Of a stretch of DNA of 124,000 bases, positions 74,221 through 89,629 are shown one piece after another. The position numbers were made by a program, and so were the translations under genes. Source of the stretch: Octopus vulgaris (taxonomy: Eukaryota); NCBI GenBank assembly GCA_951406725.2, contig OX597834.1, forward strand, positions 39,948,001 through 40,072,000, in the 5' to 3' direction. Below the pieces are notes generated by a model. It was given only the letters and a program-made list of their open reading frames with translations. It did no database searches and was not told the origin of the DNA. Position 1 is the first letter of the stretch; the number at the start of each line of letters is the position of its first letter.

Positions 74221-74450
74221 TGATCAATGTAAAGAAGAAATATTTCATTCACTGATTGAGTGAGTGACAGCTTGAGTTTGAGTGATGTTATTCTCGAGTG
74301 GAGTGCAGATGGAAGTTAGCTAAGAGTGGAGTGAAAACAGAGTTTGCGGTGGCATTATGAAATCGAAATGAAGAAGAAGAAGAAGAAGAAGAAGACATGA
74401 GAAAATAAATAAATAAAAATAAAACAAAAATACCAAAAAAAAAAATGTTT
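72500..74450 (-). promoter_or_regulatory. Putative promoter/5'UTR region with a 151-nt intron (73925-74075) and a further donor at 72955
   Basis: About 2 kb free of recognisable TEs, with raised CpG. Minus-strand GTAAGT donor at 74075, gtgcag acceptor at 73925 and GTAAGC donor at 72955, directly upstream of exon 71791-71938. Confidence 0.45.
73548..73610 (-). CDS. Candidate phase-0 first exon or uORF (MSQKEETYLLKKLTKRKIPQH)
   Basis: ATG plus 21 codons ending at a weaker CAT|GTAATC donor, inside a putative 5'UTR exon with an acceptor at 73924. Confidence 0.3.
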
Positions 74451-75519
74451 AATTCCAGTCATTTGAAGAAACAAAAATAAAACAAAAATAACAAAAACCA
74501 ATAACGAAAAGACGACAAGAAAGAAAATAACCCAAGAAAAGTGAAGGAAGGAAAGAAGAAAGGAAGGAAGGAAGGAAGGATGGGAGGAAGGAAAGAAGGA
74601 AGGATGGGAGGAAGGAAGGTTGTTGCGTAAAAGTCAAGTGAACACTTAGGAGTTTTGTAAACAACACTCGTTTTCTATCTCTAAACTGAATGGTATTTAA
74701 AATTTTGATGATTAACCTTTTGGCATGACAATACAAGAATGGTAGAGGGGGGAGTGGTTAGAGAAAGTGAAACAAGGGAAGGTGGGGGGGGGGAGGGGAG
74801 AGGGAGGAAAACATTAATGATCCGAAGGTGGCGGCGAAGAGGGACGAGAGCTGCAAATGAAAACCCACCACCCCATCCCACCCCACTCCACACCCACCCC
74901 TGATGATCAGATGATGTCGCTGTTGTTGTTGTTGTTGTCGATGTTGTTGTTATAATTGTTAGGCGGTGGCGGCGGTGGTGGTGGTGGTGGTGTCGTATAT
75001 ATAGCCTGCCCAAGACACAACATTGGTTGAGAGAGCAAGGCCTATGGTCGAAGACGTTCCAGCTATGACCATCCCAAGTTTTTTTTTTTTATTTTTATCC
75101 GCTGTTTCTAACAACTACACTTGGATATCTCATCTGTTCCTCTTGCTTTAAGCAAGGGAGAATTGGCTGCTATTTCCAACGAGTCAAACAACCACAGTCT
75201 CATAATATGTATACAGTAGTAGTAGTAGTAGTAGTAGTATGAGAGAGATTTGGCTGCTATTTCCAGCAAGTTGAACAGCCACAGACTTAAAACATCTATA
75301 CAACAGCAGCAGCAGTAGTAGTAATAGCAGAAGCAGCAGATTTGACTGCTATTTTCAGCAAATTGAACAATCCGGTCTTACAACATTTATACAGTCATAA
75401 AAGTAATGGTGGTGGTAGTAGTAGTAGTAGCTGCAATTTGAGGGAGTTTGGCTGCTATTTCCAGCAAGTCAAACAAGAGTCTCACATCATCACAGTAGTA
75501 GTAGTAGCATCAGCAGCAG

Positions 75520-75725
75520 TAGCTGTTCAAGAATTTGGACCTGGAGATCTCCATTTCCAGCGGCTTCGAGGGTCACCTCCCAGTGATGTCAGGCGTCAAT
75601 GAAGAGCCCTCGACTACAACAAGACGACCAAAGTTTTTTTTTTCCCAAGGTCTGGGGTCTCCCGCCCCTAAGCCCTAGACCATCACCTAACCACCCTTAC
75701 CCATCTTGTTGCTTAACAACAGCAG
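75520..75725 (+). mobile_element. Unclassified dispersed repeat (partner of 28975-29185)
   Basis: gttcaagaatttggacctggagatctccatttcc...cttaacaacagcagc. Confidence 0.8.
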
Positions 75726-75916
75726 CAGCAGCAGCAGTTCTGACACTTCAACTGAAGGGGTGGGGCTGGTTTTCAAATTTGATAATAAAAAAATTAAGAA
75801 CCATCTGGAACAACATCTGTCACACAAAAATTACTCATCTGGAGTAACATCTGGTACTCACAAATTGTTATTATCTTCTTTATCTATTTCTCTTTTATTT
75901 TCTGTAACAGAAATTG

Positions 75917-75953
<37 letters not shown>

Positions 75954-76780
75954 TGTTTTCTCTTGTGTTATTAGGGAATTAAAAGTGGAAAAGAAGATAA
76001 AACTGATTAGCACAAACGAAAAATAATCCGCACACATACGTAAATAAAACCTACATCCGTTTTCCCATGTTGGCATGGGTTGGACGGTTAGACAGGAGTT
76101 AGTCACCCAACACACACACACACACACACACATACAAACATATATACACTCATACATATACACAGACATATGCACTCACACATATATAAATTTGTATGCA
76201 TGTGGGTGTGTGTGTATATAATGGTTTTCACATTCTGCTTTATTGAACAAATATCAAAAAGAAAGGTGACTCTGCAATAAGGAATTTGCTTGACAACCAC
76301 ATGGTTCTGCTTTCAGGCCCACTGCGTGGAACCTTGGGCAAGTAATTTCAAATCCTTTTGGGTGGATTTGGTAGGCAGAAACTGAAAGAAGCCCATTGTA
76401 TCATCATTATTATCATCATTTAACGTCCGTAGTCCATGCTGGCATGGGTTGGATAGTTTGTCTGAGCTGGCACACAGGAAGGCAGCACAGACTCCGGTCT
76501 GATTTGGCATGGTTTTCTATGGCTGGATACCCTTCCTAACACCAACTACTCTGAGAGTGTAATGGGTGCTTTTACGTGCCACCGGCACAGGTGCCATTTG
76601 CATGACACCAGTATCTGTCACAGCTGTGGTGCATGTCTTTGTGTCCGTCTTTGCCTTTCATCATTTAAGGGGTCAATAAACTAAGTACCAGTTGAATACT
76701 GGGGTTGACGTAATTGACTTAGTCCCTCTCCTAAAATTGCTGGCCCGGTGCCAAAATTTGGAATCATTATTACTAGTATT

Positions 76781-77085
76781 GGAGGTGCAATGGCCCAGTG
76801 GTTAGGGCAGCGAACTCAGTTGGAGGATCGCAGTCTCAATTACCAGACTGGGCGTTGTGTGTGTTTATTGAGCAAAAACACCTAAAAGCTCCACGAGGCT
76901 CCAGCAGGGAGTGGTGGCAACCCCTGTTGTATCCTTTTGCCCCAACTTTCTCTCACTTTTTCTTCCTGTTTCTTGAGTAACACTACGATGGACTGGCGTC
77001 CCATCCAGCTGGGGTGAACACATATGCCATAGAAACCAGGAAACCAGGCCCATGAGCCTGGCTAGGCTGGAAAAGGGTGCATAAA
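76781..77085 (+). mobile_element. tRNA-derived SINE, head C + Meta-like tail
   Basis: Head like 19105; tail cgatggactggcgtcccatccagctgggg...catgagcctggctaggc. Confidence 0.8.
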
Positions 77086-77826
77086 AAAAACTACTAGTAT
77101 TATCAGTATGTTCTGAGTTCAAGTTCTACCCAGGTCAACTTTGCCATTCCTCCTTCCAGGATCAATACATTAAGTACCAGCTGAGTACTGGGGTCAACGG
77201 AATTGACTATCCCCCTCCCCCAAATTTCAGGCCTTGTGCCTAAAGTAGAAAGGATTATTATTATTATTAAGGCAATGAGCTGGCAGAACCATTTACATGC
77301 TGAGCAAAATGCTTAGTGACATTTCATCTACCTTTGTGTTCTGAGTTCAAATTCTGCCAAGGTCAACTTTGCCTTTCATCATTTCGGAGTCAATGAAATA
77401 AGTACCAGCTGAACACTGGGGTCGATGTAATCAACTTACCCCCTCACCCCCAAATTTTAGCCCCTGTGCCTTTAACAGAAGGATTCGCTAAACGATGATG
77501 ATGATGATTATTACTACTATTAATTATTGCTGTTTTTTTCATTTGAAACAAGCTGTTGCAAGTTTGGTGCTGACACCTCGAGCAACAGCTAATTAAGTAT
77601 GTTACTACAGGCGTTATTTATGAGTAACAATAATATATTTCCGGAAAAGGAAACCAAACACTAAAAACCAAACTTTTATTGGAAATTTGTCATAATATTT
77701 GCAATTTTGAAAGATTTTAAACAATTCAGATATTCTCAGGCTGACAGTGTTTTTCCTAGAATGAGGGCCGTAGCCATGAGAAAATTGTTTTTATTTGTTC
77801 TGATATATTCTGATATAACATAACGA

Positions 77827-78090
77827 AAAATGAGTTTTTATTCATGGAAGATGGGGCTCCATGCCATACACCGAAAAGGAATCAACAATGGTTGACTGAA
77901 AATGGGATGAGAAAGCTTACTTGGCCCAGCCAATCTCTTGACATGAACCCAATTGAAAATCTTTGGAGTATATGAGATAGAGCTATTATGAAAAACTCGA
78001 CAGAATCCTAAAGCTAAAGGTGAATTCTTTTGATTGTTGCATGAAAAGTGGGCAGAAATTCCACAAAGCTCATCATTTCAATGCCAAAAA
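77827..78090 (+). pseudogene. Tc1 (DD34E-type) transposase fragment
   Basis: FLFMEDGAPCHTPKRNQQWLTENGMRKLTWPSQSLDMNPIENLWSI. Confidence 0.85.
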
Positions 78091-78104
78091 ACAGAACATG
78101 TCGG

Positions 78105-78450
78105 GGGGAATTTGCCAGGGCAGGGCCAATCCATAACATTACATGACATGTCTGATTAGCCAGAGGGGCAGACCCAACCCATAACATTACATGACATGTG
78201 AGGGATTCGCCAGAGGGGCAGACCCAACCCATAACATTACCTGACATGTCAGATTCGCCAGAGGGGCAGGGCCAATCCATAGCATTATATGACATGTCAG
78301 AGATTCGCCAGAGGGGCAGACCCAACCCATAACATTACATGACATGTCGGAGATTCGCCAGAGGGGCAGGGCCAATCCATAACATTACATGACATGTCAT
78401 ATTAGCCAGAGGGGCAGACAAACCTATAACATTACATGTCATGTCTGAGG
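78105..78450 (+). repeat. ~49-bp minisatellite, about 7 copies
   Basis: gattcgccagaggggcag(acccaac/ggccaat)ccataacattacatgacatgtc. Confidence 0.9.
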
Positions 78451-78600
78451 AAGACAGGTGGTGTAGACAACAAACAGATGCATTAGTATAACGCTCAGGA
78501 AGTGAAAAAGTCTTTAACGTTTCGAGCCTACGCTCTTCCACAGAAAGGGACACAGAAAGAAACAAGGAGCAAAAATAAAGAATGTGTAGTGGCTCACACA
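78450..78600 (-). mobile_element. Penelope-like fragment with hammerhead-like motif at 78511-78548
   Basis: cttt CTGTGGA AGAGC GTAG GCTC GAAAC GTT AAAG. Confidence 0.6.
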
Positions 78601-79735
78601 CGAAGGGCTTCTTTCAGTTTCCATCAACCAAATCCACTCACAAGGCTTTGGTCAGCCTGAGGCTATAATAGAAGACTCTTGCCCAGGGGTAACAGGCAGT
78701 ATTGTCCTCCCTCAAGCAGTATTGGAGGATAAAAATATACACGCACATAGATAGATACATACATATATATATATACATACATACATATACACACACGCAT
78801 ACATATATATACACACATACACATAAATATATATATATACACACAGATATATACATGCATATGTATATATACATATATATATATACACACACACACAGTG
78901 GGCTTCTTTCAGTTTTCATCTCACAAATGTTTGGTCAGCTCACGGCAATAGTAGAAGACACTTGCCAAAGGTACCAAGCAGTGAGACTGAACCCAGAATC
79001 AGGTGGCTGGGAAGCAAACATCTTAACACACAGCCATGTCAGCACCTCAACTTTTCAAATATTTCTACAGAAGCGTTGCAATCTACTGGAATTGGTATAC
79101 CTATAAACAAACATTTTCTGTTTTTTGTCAAGGTGAATTTTTTGCCACAATGTCTGGCCTATTAGCCATAATAGCTCTAATCTAAGTGGTGAGCTCCCAG
79201 AATGATTACCATGCTGAATAAAATGTTAAGCAGCATTTCCTATGACAATATGTTCTGATTTCAAATGCCGTCGACATCAACCTTGCCTCTCATCCTTTCA
79301 AGGTCAATGAAACAAATACCAGCTGCGCACTGGGGTGGATGTAATTGACTTCCCCTCCCACCAAAACTGTTGGCCCTGTACCAAAATTAGAAAGAAAATT
79401 ACTATTATTATTATTATTATTATTATTACGTACACTTGCATGCAAACACACATACGCACACCCTAATACGTTTACATAAACATAAAGCGAATGCATCTAG
79501 CACTCCCACCCTGCCATGACCACCTCCACATAACCACCCGGATAACACATGAATATAAAGCTTGCAAATTGTGTGCAAGTGTACATGAATGTGTACGTTA
79601 ATGTGTGTGTGTGTGAGTGTGTGTGTGTGAAGTGGGTGTATGCAGTATAGTTGGTGTATATATGTGTGTGACGTGTATATGCAGATGTGGCGTGCGTATA
79701 TGCTATTTGTACAAGATTTCATATGATGATGATGA

Positions 79736-79774
<39 letters not shown>

Positions 79775-81292
79775 TCTATTTGATCTTTACAGAATAACAA
79801 AGAAGAAAAAGAAAATGCCTTCAGAGCCACCTCTCCCCCTTCCCACTTCATGCATCTCCCTCTCACTCAGCATCACTTTCTCTCTCCCCCTCACTCACCT
79901 AACATCTCACTCTCTCCTCTTCACTCACCTAGTGTCTCTCTCTCTCTATTTTCCATCACTCACCAAGTGTTTCTCTCTATTTTCCATTTCTTGCTTAGCA
80001 TCCTTCTCTCTCTCTCTCGCACTGAGCATCTCTCTCCCTCTCTCACTTGCTTAGTATTTCTATCTCTTCCTCTCTCTCTCTATCTCTCTCACTCTCTCTC
80101 CCTCATATACACTACCTCCTTCACACATTTCTCTCTCTCTCTCTCTATCTCTCACTCTCTCTCCCTCCTTCACACATTCTCTCTCTCTCTATCTCTCTCA
80201 CTCTCTCTCCCTCATATACACTACCTCCTTCACACACTCTCACTCTCTCTCTCTTCCACACACCCATTGCACCAGTTGGTCATAACAGTAAAACTTCTGA
80301 TTAATAATCTATCATCGTTACTAGTAACGCTACCAAAGGTGTGGTCTATAACCAACCTACATTCATTTGTTGCATTCTGTTTTACAGCTGTTTTTTAATG
80401 CCAGCATGGGTTAGACCATTTATCTTTTATCTTTTACATGTGTTCGTTGCTAGACTGTGGCCATGCTGGGGCATCACATTGAAGGGTTTTTCATCAAACA
80501 AATCAACTCCAGTGTTTATTTTATTTTATCGTATTTTATTTTTTTATTTTATTTTGTAAGTCTGGTACTATTTTTATTGGTCTCTTTTGCCAAATTGCTA
80601 AAACTGAGGGATGTAAACAAACCAACACCAGTTGTTAAGCAGTGGTGGTGGTGGTGGTGGTGGAGAGGACAAACACAAATGCAGACATTCACACACACAC
80701 ACACACAAGTTCAGAAAGAGCTTACATCGACCCCAGTACTCAACTGGTACTTCTTTTATTGATCCCAGAATGACGAAAAGCAGAACTGACCTCAGTAGAG
80801 TTTGAACCCTGAATATATATAATGGATGAAATGCCACAAAACATTTTGCCAGGCATGCTAACCATTCTGCCAGCTCACGACCCTCATAATAACAACAACA
80901 ACAACAACAACAACAACACATCATCATTAACTAATTAATATAAATACCAAACCATTTATCCTTTACAATTAATTATAACATTAACTATAATGAAAATAAC
81001 AGAGTGTGCCATGGAGAGAAACAATGTGGGTCAACAAGTACAAAAAGCCCAGATTTATTGGGGAGATGGTGAGACTGTGGTGTTCATATGTTTTTCAAGA
81101 ATACCTTATTTTTCTATCTTTCAGTTGTTTCAGTCACACGTGGTCAATACACTAGGGTGGATAACGTCCAACTGCAAGAATTTAAACAAGGTCTCCAAGC
81201 TTAGGGTATGTCCCTCCACCCTTCCATCAGTCTTAAGGAAACTCTGAAAAGGGTCATGAGCAGATGTATTTTCCCTCCTCTTACTAAGCTGG

Positions 81293-81890
81293 TGAGCTGG
81301 CAGAAATGTTAGCACACTGGGCAAATTGCTTAGTGGTATTTCGTCTGCCACTACGTTCTGAGTTCAAATTCCACCGAGGTCGACTTTGCCTTTCATCTTT
81401 TCGGGGTCGATTGAATAAGTACCAGTTACGCACTGGGGTCGATATAATCAACTTAATCCGTTTGTCTGTCCTTGTTTGTCCCCTCTGTGTGTAGCTCCTT
81501 GTGGGTAGTTAAGAAATAGGTATTTCATCTGCCGTTACGTTCTGAGTTCAAATTCCGCCGAGGTCGACTCTGCCTTTCATCCTTTTGGGGTCGATTAAAT
81601 AAGTACCAGTTACGCACTGGGGTCGATACAATCGACTTAATCCATTTGTCTGTCCTTATTTGTGCCTTCTGTGTTTAGCCCCTTGTGGGTAGTGAAGAAA
81701 TAGGTATTTCATCTGCCGTTACGTTCTGAGATCAAATTCCTCCGAGGTTGACTTTGCCTTTCATCCTTTTGGGGTTGATTAAATAAGTACCAGTTACGCA
81801 CTGGGGTCGATATAATCGACTTAATCCGTTTGTCTGTCCTTGTTTGTCCCCTCTGTGTGTAGCCCCTTGTGGGTAGTAAAGAAATAAGAA
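81293..81890 (+). mobile_element. Family B SINE head-to-tail trimer
   Basis: Units 2 and 3 start at the identical aagaaatag|gtatttc junction (near 81518 and 81701). Confidence 0.9.
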
Positions 81891-82252
81891 ATATATTTTG
81901 TTTAAACACCACAGCTGGAGAAATTAATATGTTCTGGCCAAGCAGTTAATTCAGTGTCAAATATCTTAACAAAGCAGAGAGAATGGAGCTATCCAAACGA
82001 TGACAAATTGATTTCAGACATAATTACATCCTCCCAACGTCCATTTTCCCAAGCTTGCATGAGTTGGACAGAGTTTCTCGAAGCAGATTTTCTTATGACC
82101 AGATGCCCTTCCTGTCACCAACCCTCACCTGTTTCCAAGCAAAGTAATTGGAAAACAAACTCTTTTTTTACATCCCATCCATCCCTGGGGCCTACAACAT
82201 CTCACTCGCATTTACAGAAGCGGTGAAATGCCAGATTCTGTGACACACATAC

Positions 82253-82420
82253 CTTTTTTCCTCTTCCTCTCTCACCCCGCCTCTCTACCATCAATATCAA
82301 CGGATTAAAGGAAGTGACTAGACATTGAGAATCAAGTAAAACTGGGTCATCACCAACTCCGCCACGAACACGGTTGACTGCCCTCCGTGGTTCTTGGTTC
82401 AAACAGTGTTTATTATATAC
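82253..82420 (-). other. Possible non-coding or short first exon (AAAAAAG|GTATGT donor)
   Basis: CpG-rich unique patch ending in a strong minus-strand donor; only a 13-codon phase-0 ORF (MVERRGERGRGKK). Confidence 0.25.
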
Positions 82421-83879
82421 AGTATTGATTTTTCAATTTGCTATTTCAAATATCAGTTTTCACGATTATCTCTCAGTAAAATACACAATTTTCTTGTAAC
82501 AAATGGGACTCAGAGAAGACATAAATCTCTTGTCAGAACATTTTTTTTTTATAGTTTGTTGTAGTAACATTGTAGTAATGTGGCTTCACTAGCAACTGCT
82601 GGTTGCCATGGCAATTATAGTTTGTTGCTTGATGAGGTTGCAGGTATGGGTGCGTGGTTAAGAAGATTGGTTTTAGAAGCATGTGGTTTTGGGTTCTGTT
82701 CCACAGCATGGCATCTTGGCCAAAAGCCTTCTGCTAGAGACCCAGACTGGGCAAAGACTTGTGAGTGGATCTGATAGATGGAAATTGAAAGAAGCCCATC
82801 ATGTCTATGAATGTACATATATATATATACACACACAGACACATACATATTATATACAAACATATATATATACATATATATATATATATACAAACGATGG
82901 CAGAAACGTTAGCACGCCGGGCGAAATGCAGCGGTATTTCGTCTGTCATGTTATGAGTTCAAATTCTGCCAAGGTCAACTTTGCCTTTCATCCTTTCGGG
83001 GTCGATAAATAAATTACCAGTTTCACACTGGGGTCAATCTAATCGACTTAATCCCTTTGTCTGTCCTTGTTTGTCCCCTCTATGCTTAGCCCCTTGTGGG
83101 TAGTAAAGAAATATATATATATACACACATATGCATACATACACACACATATATATACATACACACATACAAACATACATACACACACATATACACATAC
83201 ACACATATATACATACATACACACATTTATATACATATATGCATACATACACATACATATACATACATTCATATATACATACATACCAGTTTTCGCCAAC
83301 CATCTAACCCATACCAACATGGAAAGCAGAGGCTAAATGATAATGGTGATGATATATATATATTCTCTTCTCAGTTCCCATGCTTATTACAACAGTCCTT
83401 GTAAAAGAACTCAGAAGGTTGGACCTCCAGCCAGGCCTTCTGCAATATTCTTAAAGCCAGGAACTTTTCAGTATGCCCACATATGTATACACACACACTC
83501 ACTCACACACACACACACACATACACATATATTGATCACAACTGTCCTATGAATGGCATCATGAAACTCTGAGTAACAGTTTGTTGTGATGTTTCTACAA
83601 CCTTAATAAAAAAGTATATTACTCTGCCTTTGGTATTTGAGTACTATTTTCCACACCTTACTTTTCATTTACATGCTTGCTCATATATATATATATAAAT
83701 ATATACATCCTGTTGTGTCTGGGGAGAGTCATTTTCTTTTTGTGCCTTATAATTTCCACTTATTTCTTATTTTTATTTTCCTAAAATTTTCGTTGCGTCT
83801 TGCAACCTTTTCAATAGTCTTGAATATGCTTCAACACATGAACTCATATAAAGAATCTTGCATACCAAATCCCAAAACG

Positions 83880-83911
<32 letters not shown>

Positions 83912-84148
83912 ACATGCACATACATAGATACATATACAAACACACACACATTCTATAAATAAATATTTTCTTGGTAGTCTCTCAAGCCCAAGAAAGATGG
84001 TTCTGCAATTCATCACAGAACAACCTACACAGAACATCCGTTTATAGTGGTCAAATGTTTGTGATGTTCACGAGCTCACTGCTTCCAGCAATCAACATTG
84101 CCTCTGGAGATACACAGTATGCCATACATCAAATGTCAAAGTGATATA

Positions 84149-84201
<53 letters not shown>

Positions 84202-84224
84202 ATGTATAATATATTTTTTTATCG

Positions 84225-84407
84225 TTATTTGTTTCAGTCATTAGACTGCAGCTATGCTGGGGCAACACCTTGAGTTTTTAGCCAAATGCCTGGTACTTTT
84301 TCTATCAATCTCTTTTTGCCGAACTGCTAAGTTACAGGGATGCAAACACACCAACATGGGTTGTCAAGAAGTGGTGGGGGAACAAACACAGACACAAAGA
84401 CACACTC

Positions 84408-84464
<57 letters not shown>

Positions 84465-84850
84465 TATACATATATGATGGGCTTCTTTCAGTTTCCATCT
84501 ACCAAACCCACTCACAAGGCTTTGGTCAGCCCGAGGTTAGAGTAGAAAACACTTGTCCAAGGTGCCATGCAGTGGGACTGAACCCAGAACCATGTGGTTG
84601 GTTAGCAAGCTTCTTACCACACAGCCATCATCATCATCATCATTATTATTCTACAGCCGTTGTCCATGCTGGCATGGGTTGGACAGTTTGACCAGGGATG
84701 TCAAGCTGGGAAGCTGCACCAAACTCCAGTCTGATTTAGCATGATTTTCCACGGCTGGATGCCCTTCCTGATGCCAACCACTCCAAGAGTGTAATGGGTA
84801 CTTTTACGTGCTACTGGCATGGTTGCCATTCGCATGACACCAGAATCTGT
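84225..84850 (-). mobile_element. Full family A SINE adjacent to an RTE 3'UTR
   Basis: Match to other copies in the window. Confidence 0.8.
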
Positions 84851-86458
84851 CACAACTGCAATTGCATGGTTCTAGATTTAGTCCCACTGCATCACACCTT
84901 GAGCAAGTGTCTCCTACTGTAACCTCGGGCTGACCAAAGCCTTGAGTGGATATGGTAGATGGAAAACTAAAAGAAGCCCATCGTGTGTATGTGTGTGTGG
85001 GCATGTGTATGTATGTGTGTGTGGGCATGTGTGTGTATGTGTCTGTGTTTGTCCACCCACCATCGCTTGACAACCACTGTTGGTGTGTTTACATCCCCGT
85101 AACTTAGCGGTTCGGCAAAAGGTACCGATAGAATAAGTACTAGGCTTACAAAGAATAAGTCCTGGGGTCGATTTGTTCAACTAAAGGCAATGCTCCAGCA
85201 TGGCAGCAATCAAGATGCCTGAAAAGAATATATTATATCACTTGACTAACTTTCACCCTGTTCTTATCAAGGTCACGAGCAGATCCTGAATTCCTCAGTA
85301 TTGCTTGTCAAAGGAATCGGCTGATATTCTTGTATATTGCGTTTCAAACCCTGACTGAGTTCACTAAGTCTTTCATCCCCCTGGGGGTCCATAAAAGAAG
85401 GGCACCAATGAAGTATTGGTGTCGATGTAATTGATGATACAAAACCTTTGTCCCTACAAATATGTGTCAAATTGGACCTATATTACGAATCAATATCATT
85501 TACATAAAGATATTACAGTTGCCATGGAGACTGTATTGATTAGAGGGGGAGTAGAGGAAACCAGTAAGGGGTGGATGGGTGGACAAAAAGCACAACAAAA
85601 GGAGGCGATAAAAATTAATCAATATCCACCCATGTCAAACCCATTAAAGCATGGGAAAACAGAGGCGGAGGTGGAGGTGGTGGCCTACATTTATCTAGTC
85701 ATTCATATAGAATGGAATACCAGCATTATTATTATTATTATTATTATTGTTATTATTATTAAGTTAGCAAGCTGGCAGAATTGTTAGCACGCTGTGAAAA
85801 ATGCTTAATGGTATTTCATCTGTCCTTTATGTTCTGAGTTCAAATTCCGCTGAGGTCAACTTTGCCTTTCATCCTTTCGGGGGTCGATGAAATAAGTGCC
85901 ATCAGATAAAAGTGTGACATCAGATAAAAGGGTTCATGCAGTGCCACATAAAAGTGCCTGTGTGGCACCACATGAAAGGACCCACATGGTGCCACATGAA
86001 AAAGCATTCATGTGGTGTCACATAAAATCACTCGTGTGACATCACGTAAAAGCACCTGTGCAGATCCACATTAAAGTGCCCGTGCAGTGCCACCCAACAG
86101 CACCTAGCACACTCTGTAAAGGGGTTGGCGTTAGGGAGGGCATCGAGCTGTAGAAACCCTGCCAAATCAGACCAGAGTTTAGTGCAGCTCCCCAGCTCTG
86201 GTCAAACAGTCCAACCCATGCCAGCATGGACAACAGATGATGATGATGATGAAATCCTTTATTTTTCTATCTTTTACTTGTTTCAGTCATTGTACCGGGG
86301 CCATGCTGGGGCACTCAAGAAGCAAATCAATCCCGGCCCTTATTTTCACTTAAAGTCTGGAACCGATTTTATTAGTCTCTTTTGCCAGACTGCTAAGTGA
86401 TAATAAAAACATAGATAAAAACCAACACCAGTTGTCAAGCAGCGGGAATGGGGCAAAC

Positions 86459-86503
<45 letters not shown>

Positions 86504-87131
86504 CGCACACACACACATACACACACGAACACACAAGAGGTTTCCTCACAGTTTCCATCAACCAATGGCCCAATTAGGGCTAATCGTTGGAGACACTTGC
86601 CTAAGGTGCCATGCCACGGGACTGAACTCACAACCACATTGTTGCAAAGCAAGCTTCTTGACCACACAGCTATGCCTGTGCCTAGCCAAGGGAAATAACC
86701 CAAAGTGGACTAATGCCATAATTTTGGTTATCTAAGTTAAGTGCTAGTATATATTGAATATTGCTCAAACAAAAGAAAAAATTTTGTCTGTATTAGTAAA
86801 GTCATTTTGACCTGATGACAGATATAACCATTTGGGGTCAATTTATAAACAGCATTCATTCTCTCTCTCTCCCTCACACACACACACTCACCCCTCTCTC
86901 TTTCTCACCTTCATACACAACTCACACACACACACACACACACGTCTCTTCCTGGTATTGAATAAGAATATCTCAGGTAATTCTCTTTCAAAAATTGCAC
87001 CAAAAGGATTTACAAACACAGACAGACAGATACACACACACACACAGTCACATACACATACATATGTACCTCATATCTAGGTATACTTACAGACATACCT
87101 GTGCACACAAACACATGTATTTATATACAAT

Positions 87132-87166
<35 letters not shown>

Positions 87167-87419
87167 CTTGCATACTACATAGACACATATTATATACACA
87201 TACATTCATACATTTTATTAATAGCTGAAGACATGAGTAGTTCTTTATCACCCCCACCACCTCATCACACTGCAAACTGACTACCAGGTGGTGCTGTTTG
87301 ATTTAGCAGCTGAAATCTAGCGACACACACGACAATTGTCAGTCTGATAAAAACTGTCCATCCCCCCCCCCCCACAACACTCACTGAGATCTTATCTCTC
87401 AATCACTCACCCTCTCCTA

Positions 87420-88150
87420 TCATCATCATCATCATCATTGAATGTATGTTTTGTCCATGCTGGCATGGGTTGGATGGTTTGACAGGAGCTGGCAAGTCGG
87501 AGAGCTGCACCAGTCTCCGTTTTTTTTATTTTTATATTTTGTTTATTTCATTTAGTTTCAGCTCACAAGCTGTGGCCATGCTGGGGCACCGCCTGTTTCA
87601 GCAAGGTTTCTATGGCTTCATGCCCTTCCTAATGTTACCCACCTTTACAACATGTACTGGGTTCTTTCCCTATGGAGCCAGCACAGGTACTTTTAATGTG
87701 GAAACAGCACAGGTGCTTTTAATGTGCCACCTGCACAGGTGCTTTTAATGTGGTACCAGGACAGGTACTTTTTATGTGGAACCAACATAGGTGCTTATGT
87801 GACACCAGCACAGGTGCTTTTTATGTGGTACCAGGACAGGTACTTTTTATGTGGAACCAACATAGGTGCTCATGTGACACCAGCACAGGTGCTTTTTATG
87901 TGGCACCAGAACAGGTGCTTTTTATGTGCCACCTGCACAGGTGATTTTTATGTGGAACCAACATAGTTGCTTACCATGTGGCCCTGACATGAATGCTTTT
88001 TATGTGGCATTGGCATGGGTGTTTTTATATGGCACCAGCACAGGTGTTTTTTATGCAGCACCTGCACAGGTGTGTTTTACATAGCAGATGCACAGGTGCT
88101 TTTTAAGTGTTACTGGCTCTGGTGTTTTTTATATGGCACCAGCACTATCA
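87420..88150 (-). mobile_element. RTE 3'UTR fragment whose internal repeat has expanded into a ~22-bp minisatellite
   Basis: (cagcacaggtgctttttatgtggcac)n continuous with the RTE tail. Confidence 0.75.
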
Positions 88151-89272
88151 TGGTTGCCAAGTAATTTGCAAGGCAAAGATCTTTTAGTTAAGAGAGGGAG
88201 TGAAACCGAGAGAAGTTGCTGTGCACCAGGCAAGAAGTTAGAGTATGACAGAGGGACAGAGATAATTGTCTTACTATAGAGGAGATACCTGGCCAGCCTA
88301 GTAGGACAAGGAAGAAGTAAGGTAGGAGAGAGAGAGAGAGAGAGAGAAAAAGATAGAGACAGAATTTACTTAAATACACCAGTGTAACTAAGGATGGTAG
88401 TGGGCCTCCCCTGTACACTGTACCATATTTGTTATGAAATATACACATACAGATAGATGAGAGTGTATATACATATTTCTAAAATTATTACTCTTTCTTC
88501 AGTGCTACAGTCAATCTATTATCCATCCACAAACACATTGTTTAAATAACCACTAAATTCTGCAAGTAATATATTAAATGCAATCCTGGCAACAGGTACA
88601 TATGTATTAATTGCTGGCTGGGTATTTTGTTTTGCATCCATGATATATTACCAAATATGCAGAAATATACACATAAAGATAGTAGGGAGGGAGAGAGAGA
88701 GACAGAGAGAAAGAGAGAGAGAGATTACAATTTATTAATTGAAAAGGACTGACATGACCACTTTCCCTCTCCTCGTGTGCATAATGAGAGATATGCTAAC
88801 ACACATAAACAAAGAGAGAAGGACGTTAAAATATTTGTTGTCAAAAAAAAAAAAGTAATGAATCAGGGACATCAAAAAGGGCTGTGCTGAGCCTAGAACA
88901 TTTTATACCATACGTGTCCACACGGAATACTCTGTGAAATGGTTGGTAGCAGGAAAGGCATTCAGCCATAGAAACCATGCCAAAAATATAATGTTTGAGC
89001 CAGATGTAATCCGCTGATCCATTCGGAATGGAAATAAACAATAATGGGAACTGAATCAAACCAAGGTGACCTGGCCAACCCAAATCAGCATGGAAAAAAA
89101 TACTACATACACACACACATATGTATGTATAGATAAGCATATAATACACATGTGTCTATCTATTTATTTATCTATCCCTTTATCAATATATATATATATA
89201 CTATATCTATATATATAAATCTATATCTATATATATATATATATATATAATCTATATCTATATCTATAAATC

Positions 89273-89303
<31 letters not shown>

Positions 89304-89569
89304 CTCTATATGTATATTATATATATATATTGGTAGCTATAAATACAGCTAGCTATAGATTTATATAGATATAGATATATGTATATATAGACATGTTTAA
89401 AGGCAAGTAATGTATAAATAGGTATTTAGTATCAAATTTTACCAATTCTATTCGAGATTATTACATTAAGAATCACAGATGGAGACAAAAATGGAAGCAA
89501 ATGGTAGAACAAAATATAAATAACTAAGCAGAAACAGAAAACAAGAAATAGTATTCAGGAATTAGACAG

Positions 89570-89571
89570 AG

Positions 89572-89629
<58 letters not shown>
